This document shows, piece by piece, positions 16,965 through 26,546 of a stretch of DNA of 26,546 bases. Origin of the DNA: Promethearchaeota archaeon (lineage in GTDB: Archaea; Asgardarchaeota; Lokiarchaeia; Sigyniarchaeales; SOKP01); NCBI GenBank assembly GCA_008080735.1, contig SHMW01000065.1:1-26546 (forward strand), read 5' to 3'. The notes beneath the pieces were generated by a model that was not told the DNA's origin, ran no database searches, and saw only the letters and a program-made list of their open reading frames with translations. The position numbers were made by a program, and so were the translations under genes. How positions within the stretch are numbered: the stretch's first letter is position 1; every line of letters starts with the position of its first letter.

Positions 16965-18359
16965 TTACTTAGTGCCCGTGGTCATTTTGATATCTTTTAT
17001 AAGCATATAAGGCGCAAACACAGTGTTGTTGCTGGTACTCAGCCAAGTTGCGACTTGTTTATTATTTTTTCCCAATGCGATCGTGTTTTCTAATATTTCA
17101 TACTGATTAGAATTGATGCGAAGTTCTCGAACTGGTGTTAATCGCTTTCCGCGATCCTCAACTAAAAACATACCATCTTTGGGAAGCGAGGAAAATACTC
17201 CCGGTGGTGCATAACTTTGATATCGAGTGTACCATGTAGAAGTAATTAGAAGCGTTGGACCTTCCGAGATTTCCATTAATTCTTCTAGAGTGTGATCTCC
17301 TGGTTTGAAAACTGTATTGGTCGGTTTAGGAATGATAATTCCAGCATTTGCAGTCGATTCTTCGCCTTTTTCGGAGAGTGAAGTATTAGTAAAGAATTTT
17401 TGAATAACACCGTCTTTAATCAAGACTGTACGGGTTCTGGGTACTCCTTCTTCATCAAATGGAGAAGTTGCTAAGCCATATTCCTTTGTCCCATCATCCC
17501 ATATGGTAATTTTCTCATTCCCAAATTCATCTCCCGGCTTTTTTCCCACCAACCATGAGAGTCCCATCTTCATTATGTATTTATTCATCGCAAGCGCAGC
17601 GGTGGGTGCTTGGATTTCCGTGCTAACTTTTGGATATATTATAATGTTATATTTTCCCGGCTCTCCTTTCTTTCCTCCTATTGCTTGTTTACAAATTTGA
17701 CCCGCTTCCTCACCCGCGGATATAGGGTCGAACCCGTGGTTAAGGTGGGTAGAAACTGTTAAAGCCTCGCCTGTTGCGTACATATCTTCGGCAAACGCCC
17801 GGATTCTAAAATTTAAATTGGTCTTTTTGAAGCTGGCTGCTATCCCCTCACTTGTCTCCAATATATTCAAAATATCACCATAAAAAAAAGAACCCGCTGC
17901 TCGAGTGGCACCCTGTTGTAAGCACGCTTCGATGGATTTCTCTACTAAATCCGTGGCATTTTCATGTAATTCCACCACCTTTTCATCAAATATCTGCGTT
18001 TGAATCGAATTATCATAAGTAAATGGACCCATTGGTAGTTTTTTGAAATTAGTATTACGTTTTGAGGAATCCAATAATTTTTTACAATATTCAAGCGTCT
18101 TATCAATCGATAATTTTCGCAGATCGCTTATCGTTATTTCGGAGGTTCTTCTTTTTTTTGATAAAAAAAGATTAAATCGAATCTCATCCCAATTTTTATG
18201 AATATCAATCTTTTTTTCTGAGAATCTTATATGATTTTGATTGCTATAGATTCCGCTTATCGCCCATTCGGTGCAAAATCCCTCTAATTTACCCTTGATA
18301 TAAGTAATAAGATCGTTTAGATTCGCATGCTTCTTTTTTTTTTCAGTCTTTGCATCCAT
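16965..18359 (-). CDS. tldE: TldE/PmbA family protein (non-catalytic subunit)
   Basis: EPGKY, 'ITIWDDG...PFDEEGVP...LIKDGV' and STANA motifs; no HExxxH; directly downstream of tldD. Confidence 0.85.
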   Translation of the reverse strand: MDAKTEKKKKHANLNDLITYIKGKLEGFCTEWAISGIYSNQNHIRFSEKKIDIHKNWDEIRFNLFLSKKRRTSEITISDLRKLSIDKTLEYCKKLLDSSKRNTNFKKLPMGPFTYDNSIQTQIFDEKVVELHENATDLVEKSIEACLQQGATRAAGSFFYGDILNILETSEGIAASFKKTNLNFRIRAFAEDMYATGEALTVSTHLNHGFDPISAGEEAGQICKQAIGGKKGEPGKYNIIIYPKVSTEIQAPTAALAMNKYIMKMGLSWLVGKKPGDEFGNEKITIWDDGTKEYGLATSPFDEEGVPRTRTVLIKDGVIQKFFTNTSLSEKGEESTANAGIIIPKPTNTVFKPGDHTLEELMEISEGPTLLITSTWYTRYQSYAPPGVFSSLPKDGMFLVEDRGKRLTPVRELRINSNQYEILENTIALGKNNKQVATWLSTSNNTVFAPYMLIKDIKMTTGTK

Positions 18360-18361
18360 CC

Positions 18362-19828
18362 TTACATCCCTCCTCCCAATTGTACGTCTCTAAGTCGAAT
18401 GTTAGGACCACCGGTCCACACTGGAAGTCCTTGTCCTGGTTCTGATTTCCCGCAAAATGCACCTTCCCATTTAAATGATTTTCCATCACCTTGGGCGTCA
18501 ATACTTCCGAAAAGCCCAAGAGAAGATATTTCTAAAATAGGTTTCGATACTAAACCTTTTATCTCCCCGTTCTCGATTAAATATGCCTCTTGTCCCACAT
18601 ATTTCGCTTGGAGTCGTTTATCATCGATATTCCATTCCGTAAACGATTTCATATATATTCCTAATTTAATATCTTCAACCATCTCTTCAAATGAGTAATC
18701 GCCTTCTGCAAAATATGTGTTTGCCATCCTAACAATGGGTTCCCTATCATATGCTACTGCTCGTGCCGCAGCGTTGCTCTGTGTATTAAATGAGGCAGCA
18801 GTCTCTCTATTCTGAAGCATCTCATTAAATATTCCATCCTTTATTAACTCTCTTCTTCGAGCTTTCACTCCTTCATCATCATATAAATAAAATCCATAAG
18901 AACCTTGTATAGTGGGGTCATCATATACATTAACGCATTCATTTCCAATTTTAAATCCTAGCTCATGCTCTCTTAGATACGATTCTCCCGCTTGCGCGCC
19001 TTCTCGGCCTAATATTCTATCTGCCTCATGTGGATGTCCACAATTTTCATGTGCGATGATTCCCGATACATCAGGCCCTAAAATGAGGTCAATCTCACCC
19101 TCTGGAGGTTTTTTTGCCTTGGTAACAATATCGGCTAAGATTTGAATATTATTTTCGACCTCTTCTACGATATTCCAAGATGTCAGTTCATCCCAACCCG
19201 ATGAGGTCGCATAAGTTCTCATCATTTGCTCATTTTTGCCACCCGATTGAACTCCAATTATCACGGGAATAAAGGCAACTCGTGGCACATGACCCGTAAT
19301 TCGGGTTCCCTCAGAAGTAAGAAAATATGTATCTCTTTGTTCCGTGATTAGTACAAATACATGAATAAATGCGATTGGATATTTTTCATCAAAAAATGGG
19401 AAAAATTGCTTGATAAAAGCAATACGCTCCTCCAGAGAGACATCGATTGGATTGATTTTATAAGAACTCTGCCAAGAAGCTTCATAAATTTTCTCTTCAC
19501 TGATACGGATGGGCTCTTTTCTCTGTTCTGAATTACGCTTTGCGGTCTTATTAGCATAACTTACTGCTTCCAGTATTGATTGCTTTGTTAATGTATTAGT
19601 AGTTGCCATTCCCATTCCTCCATTTACAATCATCCGTATATTAAGACCTAATTTTCTTGTGAACGCATCATCGGTAAGATCAATAGGAAGATTACCAATA
19701 TGCATCTTCCCGTTGATAAATGATACAGTATCTCGTTGATCTTGTTCAAGACGCACTTCCGCATAGTCAGGATGTTTTTCTTGGCATTCTTTTAACGCAT
19801 ATTCCGCCAAATCCTTGAATTGTTCCAT
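18362..19828 (-). CDS. tldD: TldD metalloprotease
   Basis: YAEVR, HENCGHPHEADR (HExxxH), DDPT...YDDEGV, PIVRMANT and CGKSEPGQ. Confidence 0.92.
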   Translation of the reverse strand: MEQFKDLAEYALKECQEKHPDYAEVRLEQDQRDTVSFINGKMHIGNLPIDLTDDAFTRKLGLNIRMIVNGGMGMATTNTLTKQSILEAVSYANKTAKRNSEQRKEPIRISEEKIYEASWQSSYKINPIDVSLEERIAFIKQFFPFFDEKYPIAFIHVFVLITEQRDTYFLTSEGTRITGHVPRVAFIPVIIGVQSGGKNEQMMRTYATSSGWDELTSWNIVEEVENNIQILADIVTKAKKPPEGEIDLILGPDVSGIIAHENCGHPHEADRILGREGAQAGESYLREHELGFKIGNECVNVYDDPTIQGSYGFYLYDDEGVKARRRELIKDGIFNEMLQNRETAASFNTQSNAAARAVAYDREPIVRMANTYFAEGDYSFEEMVEDIKLGIYMKSFTEWNIDDKRLQAKYVGQEAYLIENGEIKGLVSKPILEISSLGLFGSIDAQGDGKSFKWEGAFCGKSEPGQGLPVWTGGPNIRLRDVQLGGGM

Positions 19829-19953
19829 AAATAAAACTTAAAAATGTTTTTTATATATATAGGATTAGATAAAGAAAAGTTATATCTAAACTTACAGATT
19901 TTGAGTAAAAGGCACTGTTAGATATTTATCTAATTGGATGTCCTTTCAATGGA

Positions 19954-20295
19954 TTAATTTCTACTAGAATTGAGAATTTCTTCTATTTCTTTAAGAAGTA
20001 AAATTTTTTCTGCGATGAACCAATGAAGTTTACTTTTTTCTGGATGCTCGTGATAAATTTGTTCTGCGAGCTGTTTAACTTCCGTCTCATCGGGTTCCAA
20101 TAAAGACCCATTGATATTTTCATTCAAAAGGAGAATAAGATTATCAGTTTCAAGTGGTTGTATAGCTCCACCATTTTTTATGTTTTTGTTTATTTTTAAT
20201 GTATAATAGGCTAAATACCAAACGCTCTTTTCATATGTTTCGCCACTCTTATATCTTCTAAAGGCTAATTCCGTTATCTTCTCTTTGTCGGGCAT
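19954..20295 (-). CDS. Hypothetical protein with two DUF2934-like helical repeats
   Basis: EKITELAFRRY...SVWYLAYYTL and TEVKQLAEQIY...LHWFIAEKIL resemble the DUF2934 pattern IxxxAYxxY...DWxxAExEL. Confidence 0.6.
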   Translation of the reverse strand: MPDKEKITELAFRRYKSGETYEKSVWYLAYYTLKINKNIKNGGAIQPLETDNLILLLNENINGSLLEPDETEVKQLAEQIYHEHPEKSKLHWFIAEKILLLKEIEEILNSSRN

Positions 20296-20454
20296 TTCAT
20301 ATCACTTATGAAGATTCAAATTTAAGGAAATGTCAAAAATCAATCAATATTATTCAGTTGTTTCTTGATTAATAAAGAAGTAAATTTGCTTTTTAATTGT
20401 TTCTATTATGATTATGACCACAAAAACCACAAAATTAAAAATTAATCGGATGTT

Positions 20455-20462
20455 TTTATAAA
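20455..20462 (+). promoter_or_regulatory. TATA box of the tRNA gene
   Basis: TTTATAAA ending 27 nt before the tRNA 5' end. Confidence 0.6.
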
Positions 20463-20488
20463 GTAACTGTTATTATTAGTGCTACCTT

Positions 20489-20591
20489 GCCTCTGTAACT
20501 CAGCGGTAGAGTGTCTGACTTGTAATCGATGCATATTTAAGTGTCTCGAACAGCTATCAGGTTGTCGAGGGTTCAAATCCCTCCAGAGGCT
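20489..20591 (+). tRNA. tRNA-Thr(UGU) with a 31-nt intron (20525-20555) at position 37/38
   Basis: Acceptor GCCTCTG/CAGAGGC with discriminator T; D arm ACTC-AGCGGTA-GAGT; anticodon stem TCTGA/TCAGG with CT-TGT-A; T arm GAGGG-TTCAAAT-CCCTC. Mature length 72 nt; CCA not encoded. Confidence 0.93.
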
Positions 20592-20770
20592 TTTATCTTC
20601 TCAGAAATTCATTATTGCAGTTTATATCTAATCAATAGAATAATGTAGATCTGAATTCAAAATTTCTACTTTTAAGCAAAAAAAGACTTTTTTTACGATT
20701 ATTAACTATCAAAAAAAATTCCTAAGTAAATTATATATTTCTCATTTATCGAATTTTAATCTAGATTTTA

Positions 20771-22351
20771 ATGAATCGTATTAATAGGGCTATTTTAGTG
20801 ATAATTGATGATGTGCGATCCGATCAATTCTTCGATATGATTGATCAAGGATTACTCCCTAATTTTAAAGGCTTAATGGAAAACGGAATTTACTCTAAAA
20901 ATTGTGTCACAGACTTTCCTTCCATCACTTATCCCACGCAAGTTTCAACTATAACTGGAACTTACACAGGAGATTACAGACACGAATTATGCCATGGTAT
21001 CCCAAATTTCAATTGGATGGGGAGAGATTTCACACCACCTCTACTAAGAAATTACGGTTCAAATAAATTAGAGATCTACAAATTAAACCAGGATCTGGGA
21101 GAGAATTGTAGAACTATTTTCGAGATGGTTGAAGAGGGAAATAAATCAAGCATAACCCAATTCATCAACCGAGGAGTGGATTATTTTTTCCCCAAAAATA
21201 GACGACAACTAATAATTTTTTATCTAATTATTAACTATTGGCGTAATATTAAACGTCTTATTGAATATGCGAATAGCATTGTTGTTCATAAGCTTCTCGA
21301 CAATTTCAAAAATCCTGACAAATATTTTGAAATGAAAGAGCCACCAATCCTTTCTCTACTCTGGTTTATGAGTTCCGATGTATTAATGCACCAGTTTGGA
21401 AGTCAGAGTACGTTATACCGCCTTAACTTAATGCATATAGATAAAGTTATTGGTGAATTAGTAGACGGTTTGAAATCATTGGACTATTTAGATGAGACTG
21501 CCATCGCGATAACTTCAGATCACGGGAACTATACCGCGAAAAAATTAGGAAATCTCGAAGGGTTTTTCGGGTCAAAAGGTTTAAGGAACTATTTTCCAAG
21601 CAGAAATAACCAAGGGAATGTAAACCTTGCTGAATTCGGGGGGCTTGGATTCTTTAATTTTAATGGTACTATTGGAAATAGAGCTAAGAACCAATGGGGG
21701 TATCCCTCAATACAAGAATTAGCATCATATGGCCCTAACGAAATAAATATATTAGATGAGCTTTTCAAGATTAATGGAACAAAATTGATCTATTATAGGA
21801 ATAATCAGAATTCACATAATAAAGGAGAAATATTCTTGAAGAAAAAATTGGACAATTCTGATACCTATCTAACCGGAAGGATCGAATACCAGGGCACTGG
21901 AAAATCTATGAAAACCCGCTATATATGTATTGGAGATGATATTGATGTGTTTGGATATCATACCGACGAGGTCGCTTCTAAATTAATAGATGGAAAATAT
22001 CATTCTATTGATGAATGGTTGGAAGGAACATATCATTTGGATTATCCATCATATCCCGATTTACTGGTGCGAAATTTTAAAAATCCGAGAAGTGCTGATG
22101 TTATTGTCAGCACGAAAGGAGAGGTCGTCTATAATATTGTTCATGGGAAAGCAAAAACCAAAAGGTTTTATAACCACGATATCGGATTACGCAAGAGTTC
22201 TATTATTCCCTTAATAATTTCTGGAACAAATGAAATTCCTAGAAGGAGTGTAGAATTCTGTAAAATCACTGACATTGTACCGACGTTGTTGTATATGATG
22301 CATCAAAAAGTAGATAAAAGCGTAATTGGAAATAATCTAATCACTATATAG
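20771..22351 (+). CDS. Alkaline phosphatase superfamily / nucleotide pyrophosphatase-phosphodiesterase
   Basis: IIDDVR, FPSITYP (Thr nucleophile), ITG, HGIP, DVLMH, TSDHG, NH and DIVPTL motifs; no obvious signal peptide. Confidence 0.88.
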   Translation: MNRINRAILVIIDDVRSDQFFDMIDQGLLPNFKGLMENGIYSKNCVTDFPSITYPTQVSTITGTYTGDYRHELCHGIPNFNWMGRDFTPPLLRNYGSNKLEIYKLNQDLGENCRTIFEMVEEGNKSSITQFINRGVDYFFPKNRRQLIIFYLIINYWRNIKRLIEYANSIVVHKLLDNFKNPDKYFEMKEPPILSLLWFMSSDVLMHQFGSQSTLYRLNLMHIDKVIGELVDGLKSLDYLDETAIAITSDHGNYTAKKLGNLEGFFGSKGLRNYFPSRNNQGNVNLAEFGGLGFFNFNGTIGNRAKNQWGYPSIQELASYGPNEINILDELFKINGTKLIYYRNNQNSHNKGEIFLKKKLDNSDTYLTGRIEYQGTGKSMKTRYICIGDDIDVFGYHTDEVASKLIDGKYHSIDEWLEGTYHLDYPSYPDLLVRNFKNPRSADVIVSTKGEVVYNIVHGKAKTKRFYNHDIGLRKSSIIPLIISGTNEIPRRSVEFCKITDIVPTLLYMMHQKVDKSVIGNNLITI

Positions 22352-22422
22352 GTTTGAAAAAGATTAAAACCAGAATAATTTTGCTTAAAGTTAAAAAAAA
22401 ACAGGTAAAAAAAAATAGTTAT

Positions 22423-23073
22423 TTATGAGATTTCAATATGATTTCCAGTGACCATGTAATGAACTTTTTCTGCGATTTTACAGGCGTGATCTCCACAACG
22501 TTCAAGGTATCGAGCAATCATGATTATATGGGCACTTATATTGATATTTTTAGGGTCTTCAATCATATATGAAACAGATTCTCGGAAAATACTCCACCTC
22601 ATCTGGTCAACCTCGTCGTCCCTTTCCACAAAATCGTTCAGTTTCTCGATTTCGGATTGATCAAACGCATCTATTGCATCCCGTATCATCGGCTCTACAT
22701 GTTCCCACATGTGTTTGATTCCGAGCATCTCTGAAATAGGATATTTTCCTTGTAATTCTGAGACAACTCCCGCAATATCTTTTCCGTACCGACCAATTCT
22801 ATAGAGATATGTAATGATCTTAAGAATCGCGCCTAAGCGTCTCAGATCAATAGCCATCGGTTGAAAAAGACCGATTGTTTTTAAAGCCTCCGCTTCTATC
22901 TCATCATCATATTCTCGGAGGTTATGCTTTTTTTCCTCCACCGATTTCGCCAGCTCCAGATTATTATTTGTCAAAGCCTCGATGGCATCATCGAGCATAC
23001 CTGTTGCTAAGTCTGCCATATCTAATACTTTTCCTTTCAATTCCACTATATCTTTTCGCATTTCTCTTGCCAT
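22423..23073 (-). CDS. phoU: Phosphate signalling protein PhoU
   Basis: QPMAIDLR, RIGRY, RDDEVD and RYLERCGDHACKIAE motifs; last gene of the pst operon. Confidence 0.95.
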   Translation of the reverse strand: MAREMRKDIVELKGKVLDMADLATGMLDDAIEALTNNNLELAKSVEEKKHNLREYDDEIEAEALKTIGLFQPMAIDLRRLGAILKIITYLYRIGRYGKDIAGVVSELQGKYPISEMLGIKHMWEHVEPMIRDAIDAFDQSEIEKLNDFVERDDEVDQMRWSIFRESVSYMIEDPKNINISAHIIMIARYLERCGDHACKIAEKVHYMVTGNHIEIS

Positions 23074-23111
23074 TTCTAATTCCCTTTAAGCTAATAATTT
23101 AATATTTGAAT

Positions 23112-23615
23112 TCATAGAAAATTATAATAATCTAATAATTTTAAGAGAACACCAGAAACAATCATCCAGCTGCCTGAGATAAATAGTAATACCATCGCGC
23201 CACTAAATTGATAAGAATCCCAGAAATCCCATTTAAAATCGAATCTATCCCAAAAGTCGAATGAGATATAAAAATAAATTAACAGAATGGAAAATATTCC
23301 TATTAAGATCCAAGCTAACCAATATTTAATTATTTTTAATTCTTCCTTTCTTTGATAAATTAAATAAGCATTTTTAAAAAGTCCATAAGAAAAAACAATT
23401 ATAATAAAGGAGGTGATAAAAGAAAAAAGCAATAGGAATTCATTTGAGATCATTTTTAGCCCATCAATATTTGATGATTTAAATCCTAAAATCCAAAAAA
23501 CTTCTCTAGAAGTTAAATCATAAAAAATAGGTATTATTAACGATAAAATATTTAATATGATACCTAGTACTGGTAAAATCCATAGATATTGTTTAAAATT
23601 CCTCAAATTTTTCAC
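23112..23615 (-). CDS. Hypothetical membrane protein (about 4 TM) inside the pst operon
   Basis: Four hydrophobic segments; fills the pstB-phoU gap. Start uncertain (GTG 23615, or TTG 23606 after AGGTGA). Confidence 0.65.
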   Translation of the reverse strand: MKNLRNFKQYLWILPVLGIILNILSLIIPIFYDLTSREVFWILGFKSSNIDGLKMISNEFLLLFSFITSFIIIVFSYGLFKNAYLIYQRKEELKIIKYWLAWILIGIFSILLIYFYISFDFWDRFDFKWDFWDSYQFSGAMVLLFISGSWMIVSGVLLKLLDYYNFL

Positions 23616-23618
23616 CTT

Positions 23619-24395
23619 TTATCCAAATCTTCCTGTAATATAATTTTCCGTTAACTCTTTTTGAGGATTCTCAAAAATTTGTTCTGTCCTTCCGAATTCA
23701 ATTAATTCCCCAAGATACATGAAACCCGTGTAATCACTGATTCTCGCAGCTTGTTGCATATTATGAGTCACAATTATTACTGTATATTTCCTTTTAAGCT
23801 CACGACATAAATCTTCAATCTTTGCTGTCGCAATCGGGTCTAGTGAAGAAGTAGGCTCATCCATCAGTAGTACTTCGGGTTCTATTGATAATGCTCGTGC
23901 GATACAGAGTCTCTGTTGTTGACCACCCGATAAACTCAATGCAGAATGTGACAATCTGTCTTTTACTTCATCCCATAAGGCGGATCTCTTTAAGCATTCA
24001 TCAACAGTCTCATCTAAAATCTCTTTATCATAGATACCATGTACTTTTGGTCCATAAGTTATATTATCATAAATGGACATTGGAAATGGATTAGGTTTTT
24101 GAAAGATCATTCCAATTCTACTTCTTACCGTCCTAACATTAGCACTCTTTCGATAAATATTATTTCCTTCAAAGATTATATCTCCTTTAATTTTACAACC
24201 TTCTATTACATCATTCATTCGGTTAAATGATCTTATCAGAGTAGATTTTCCACAACCAGATGGTCCAATAATCGCGGTTATCTCATTTTTAATGATATCC
24301 ATATTTATATCTTTCAGGGCATGATTATCATCATACCATAGATTTAAGTCCTTACACATCAATACATAGTTATTTTTAGAAATTCTTATCACCAT
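23619..24395 (-). CDS. pstB: Phosphate ABC transporter ATP-binding protein
   Basis: [51 protein letters not shown] and YITGRFG. Confidence 0.97.
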   Translation of the reverse strand: MVIRISKNNYVLMCKDLNLWYDDNHALKDINMDIIKNEITAIIGPSGCGKSTLIRSFNRMNDVIEGCKIKGDIIFEGNNIYRKSANVRTVRSRIGMIFQKPNPFPMSIYDNITYGPKVHGIYDKEILDETVDECLKRSALWDEVKDRLSHSALSLSGGQQQRLCIARALSIEPEVLLMDEPTSSLDPIATAKIEDLCRELKRKYTVIIVTHNMQQAARISDYTGFMYLGELIEFGRTEQIFENPQKELTENYITGRFG

Positions 24396-26410
24396 AGTTT
24401 CTTTTTATTGTAATGTCTTCTAATAATAAATGCTATTCCATAAAAAAATAGTACGATAAGCAATAGGGTTAATGCTGTTCCTCCAGCATAAAATTCAGCT
24501 ACTTTGCCATAAGTTAGCCATAGAATCCATAAATGAAATGTCAACGCAGTCACAGGCCTTAATATTGTTCTCGGATCTAAAAGAAGGTCAGGTCGAAATT
24601 GTTGTGAAAAGACACAAGCAGTAAATATTAGAGGAGCAGTCTCTCCAGCAACACGTCCCATCCCTAAAATAATTCCAGTAATAATTGCCGGCATGGCAGC
24701 TGGTAAAGCAATTTTTGTTACACTTTGCCATTTTGAAGATCCTAAAGCAAGGCTTCCTTCTCTAAAGGATTGAGGTACCGCTTTTAAACCCTCTTCTGTG
24801 GTTCTAATAATAACAGGTAGAATCATAAAGGCTAAGGTTATTCCACCAGCTAAAAGGGATAAATTCCCTACTGCTCTTACAAGCAAGGCATAACCAAATA
24901 GTCCAAAGACTATAGAAGGAGTACCATTCAAGCTATCTATGGCTAAACGAATCGTTTTAGTGATTTTCCCCTCATTAGCATATTCAGAAAGATAAACTCC
25001 TGCAAAAACACCTAGAGGAATCGCCACTATCATTGATAAACCAATCAATTGAAAAGTTCCTATGATAGCATGCAATACACCTCCAGCATACGCTGTTTCT
25101 TCTGGAGCTGTTGTAAACCACCCTGGGCTTAAAACTGCGGGTAGACCTATCTGAAAGATATAAAAGATTACTAGACCGAGAAAAATTAATACAAATAAAG
25201 TTGATATTGTTAAAATCGTAAATGCGGTAATCTGTTGGATATGAGGTTTGATTGTTTTAAAACCAAAAAAAACCAAAAATATAACCACACTTATTATTAT
25301 TGCTGGAAGGATGCCGAACCACTGTGTTAAAATCCATATGATAAAGATCAAAATAAAGATTCTAAAAATGAAACCTTTACGTTTCTTTAAAACTTTTTTT
25401 ATATATTGAACACCTTGATCTCTATTCATTTGCTTTATTATTTTTTTTTCTTTTAGTCTGCTCTCCTGATCTTTCCCAGTGAACTTTTTTTTAATTCTAG
25501 ATAGAATCAACGATGAAATTATGTTTATAATTAGCGACATGAAAAATAGTATTACCGCCAGCCCAAATAAGGCATTTTTATGGAATGGTCCCGCGTGTGA
25601 ATAATCTAGTGCTAATGTGGCAGTTATTGTTTGTATTCCCGAAAAAATATTTGTTATTGGATTTGGGAGTACAGATTGGTTTCCGGCAACCATAACAACT
25701 GCCATCGTTTCTCCTATTGCTCTGCCCATTCCCAAGATAATTCCAGCAGTAATCCCAGACATGGCCGCAGGAAGCATGACTTTACTTATTGTTTGCCATC
25801 TAGTTGCCCCCAATGCGTAAGAAGCTTTTTTATATGATTCTGGTACGGCGCTTAGAGCATCTTCGCATACACTTACAATAGTCGGTAATGCCATTATTCC
25901 TAGAATAAAAGATCCATTTAGCCAACAATTACCTTGTGGTATCCCAAATAAATCCTCAATGAATTTTGAGATAATTAAGCTTCCAAAATACCCATAGATA
26001 ATTGATGGGATACCTGCGAGAATTTCAACGGTTCCTTTTAAAACGGATTTTATTCTTTTTGGAGCAATTTCAGAGATATATATGGCCGTTCCAATACCAA
26101 GAGGGATAGCAATCACTAAAGCACCGACAGATACCAGAATGGTGCCCATAATAATATTAAAAGCACCGTAGTCATTTCCAGGTGGGTACCAATTTGCATC
26201 AAATAAAAAATCTATTAAGGGAATTTGAAGGAAAAAATCCTCAGTAAGAGTGAACAGAAATATTATTATCAAAAATACAATAATGATTGCGATTGACGCA
26301 ATTATGAAAAGTATTCCCTTTGCTGCCTTATCAGCTGTGACTGTAGGTTCTTCCGTTTCAAGTTTTATTTCCTCAAGGTAATCAGTTTTAGTCTTAACTT
26401 CAGTTGCCAT
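24389..26410 (-). CDS. pstC-pstA: Fused phosphate ABC transporter permease PstC-PstA
   Basis: Two permease domains in one ORF: [10 protein letters not shown]...ALGATRWQT...[10 protein letters not shown] (PstC) and [13 protein letters not shown]...ALGSSKWQ...GRVAGETAP (PstA). Confidence 0.93.
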   Translation of the reverse strand: MATEVKTKTDYLEEIKLETEEPTVTADKAAKGILFIIASIAIIIVFLIIIFLFTLTEDFFLQIPLIDFLFDANWYPPGNDYGAFNIIMGTILVSVGALVIAIPLGIGTAIYISEIAPKRIKSVLKGTVEILAGIPSIIYGYFGSLIISKFIEDLFGIPQGNCWLNGSFILGIMALPTIVSVCEDALSAVPESYKKASYALGATRWQTISKVMLPAAMSGITAGIILGMGRAIGETMAVVMVAGNQSVLPNPITNIFSGIQTITATLALDYSHAGPFHKNALFGLAVILFFMSLIINIISSLILSRIKKKFTGKDQESRLKEKKIIKQMNRDQGVQYIKKVLKKRKGFIFRIFILIFIIWILTQWFGILPAIIISVVIFLVFFGFKTIKPHIQQITAFTILTISTLFVLIFLGLVIFYIFQIGLPAVLSPGWFTTAPEETAYAGGVLHAIIGTFQLIGLSMIVAIPLGVFAGVYLSEYANEGKITKTIRLAIDSLNGTPSIVFGLFGYALLVRAVGNLSLLAGGITLAFMILPVIIRTTEEGLKAVPQSFREGSLALGSSKWQSVTKIALPAAMPAIITGIILGMGRVAGETAPLIFTACVFSQQFRPDLLLDPRTILRPVTALTFHLWILWLTYGKVAEFYAGGTALTLLLIVLFFYGIAFIIRRHYNKKKLW

Positions 26411-26546
26411 TTTAATTCAGATTATGTTCTATTATTAGAATCTTTAGTTTTTTAATTATTAAATAGACATTAGCCACTTAGCGATATTTCTATTTAATTA
26501 TATAGAAAATGATAAGATACCTTATATTGAATTTCGCAATAAAATA

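Noticed and set aside
20489-20591. Reading the tRNA as Tyr(GUA), or as an integration site
   Set aside because: The stem register places TGT at 34-36, and G1-C72 with U73 fits archaeal Thr. No integrase or duplicated tRNA 3' end was seen.
2467-25837. Many short ORFs overlapping the Rho_N-SWIM gene, pncB, DUF166, rhodopsin, tes, polB, tldD/E, phosphodiesterase and pst genes
   Set aside because: Opposite-strand or alternate-frame overlaps of motif-supported genes, with no motifs of their own.
1-26546. CRISPR array, IS element, provirus or rRNA
   Set aside because: No regularly spaced repeats, transposase, integrase, capsid gene or rRNA-like segment was seen.

Overview
AT-rich archaeal chromosomal window, most likely from an Asgard archaeon (Lokiarchaeia/Promethearchaeota). 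The placement rests on a schizorhodopsin, a crenarchaeal-type PolB1, an intron-containing tRNA, TATA-type promoters and GGTGA Shine-Dalgarno motifs. In order, it holds: the probable 3' end of cdhC; several small hypothetical genes, including two tandem paralogous micro-proteins built from a ~25-aa repeat; a 2xRho_N-SWIM-OB protein; pncB; a small Zn-ribbon protein; a DUF166-like protein; a schizorhodopsin; a multi-TM membrane protein; a lipid cluster (tetraether synthase tes, a coupled 92-aa ORF, and a phytol/dolichol-kinase-like gene); PolB1 with a 424-aa LAGLIDADG intein; tldD/tldE; a tandem DUF2934-like protein; tRNA-Thr(UGU) with a 31-nt intron; an alkaline-phosphatase-superfamily enzyme; and a phosphate operon (fused pstC-pstA, pstB, an unknown membrane ORF, phoU). 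No CRISPR array, IS element or provirus was seen. All family calls come from motif recognition by eye, not from database searches.
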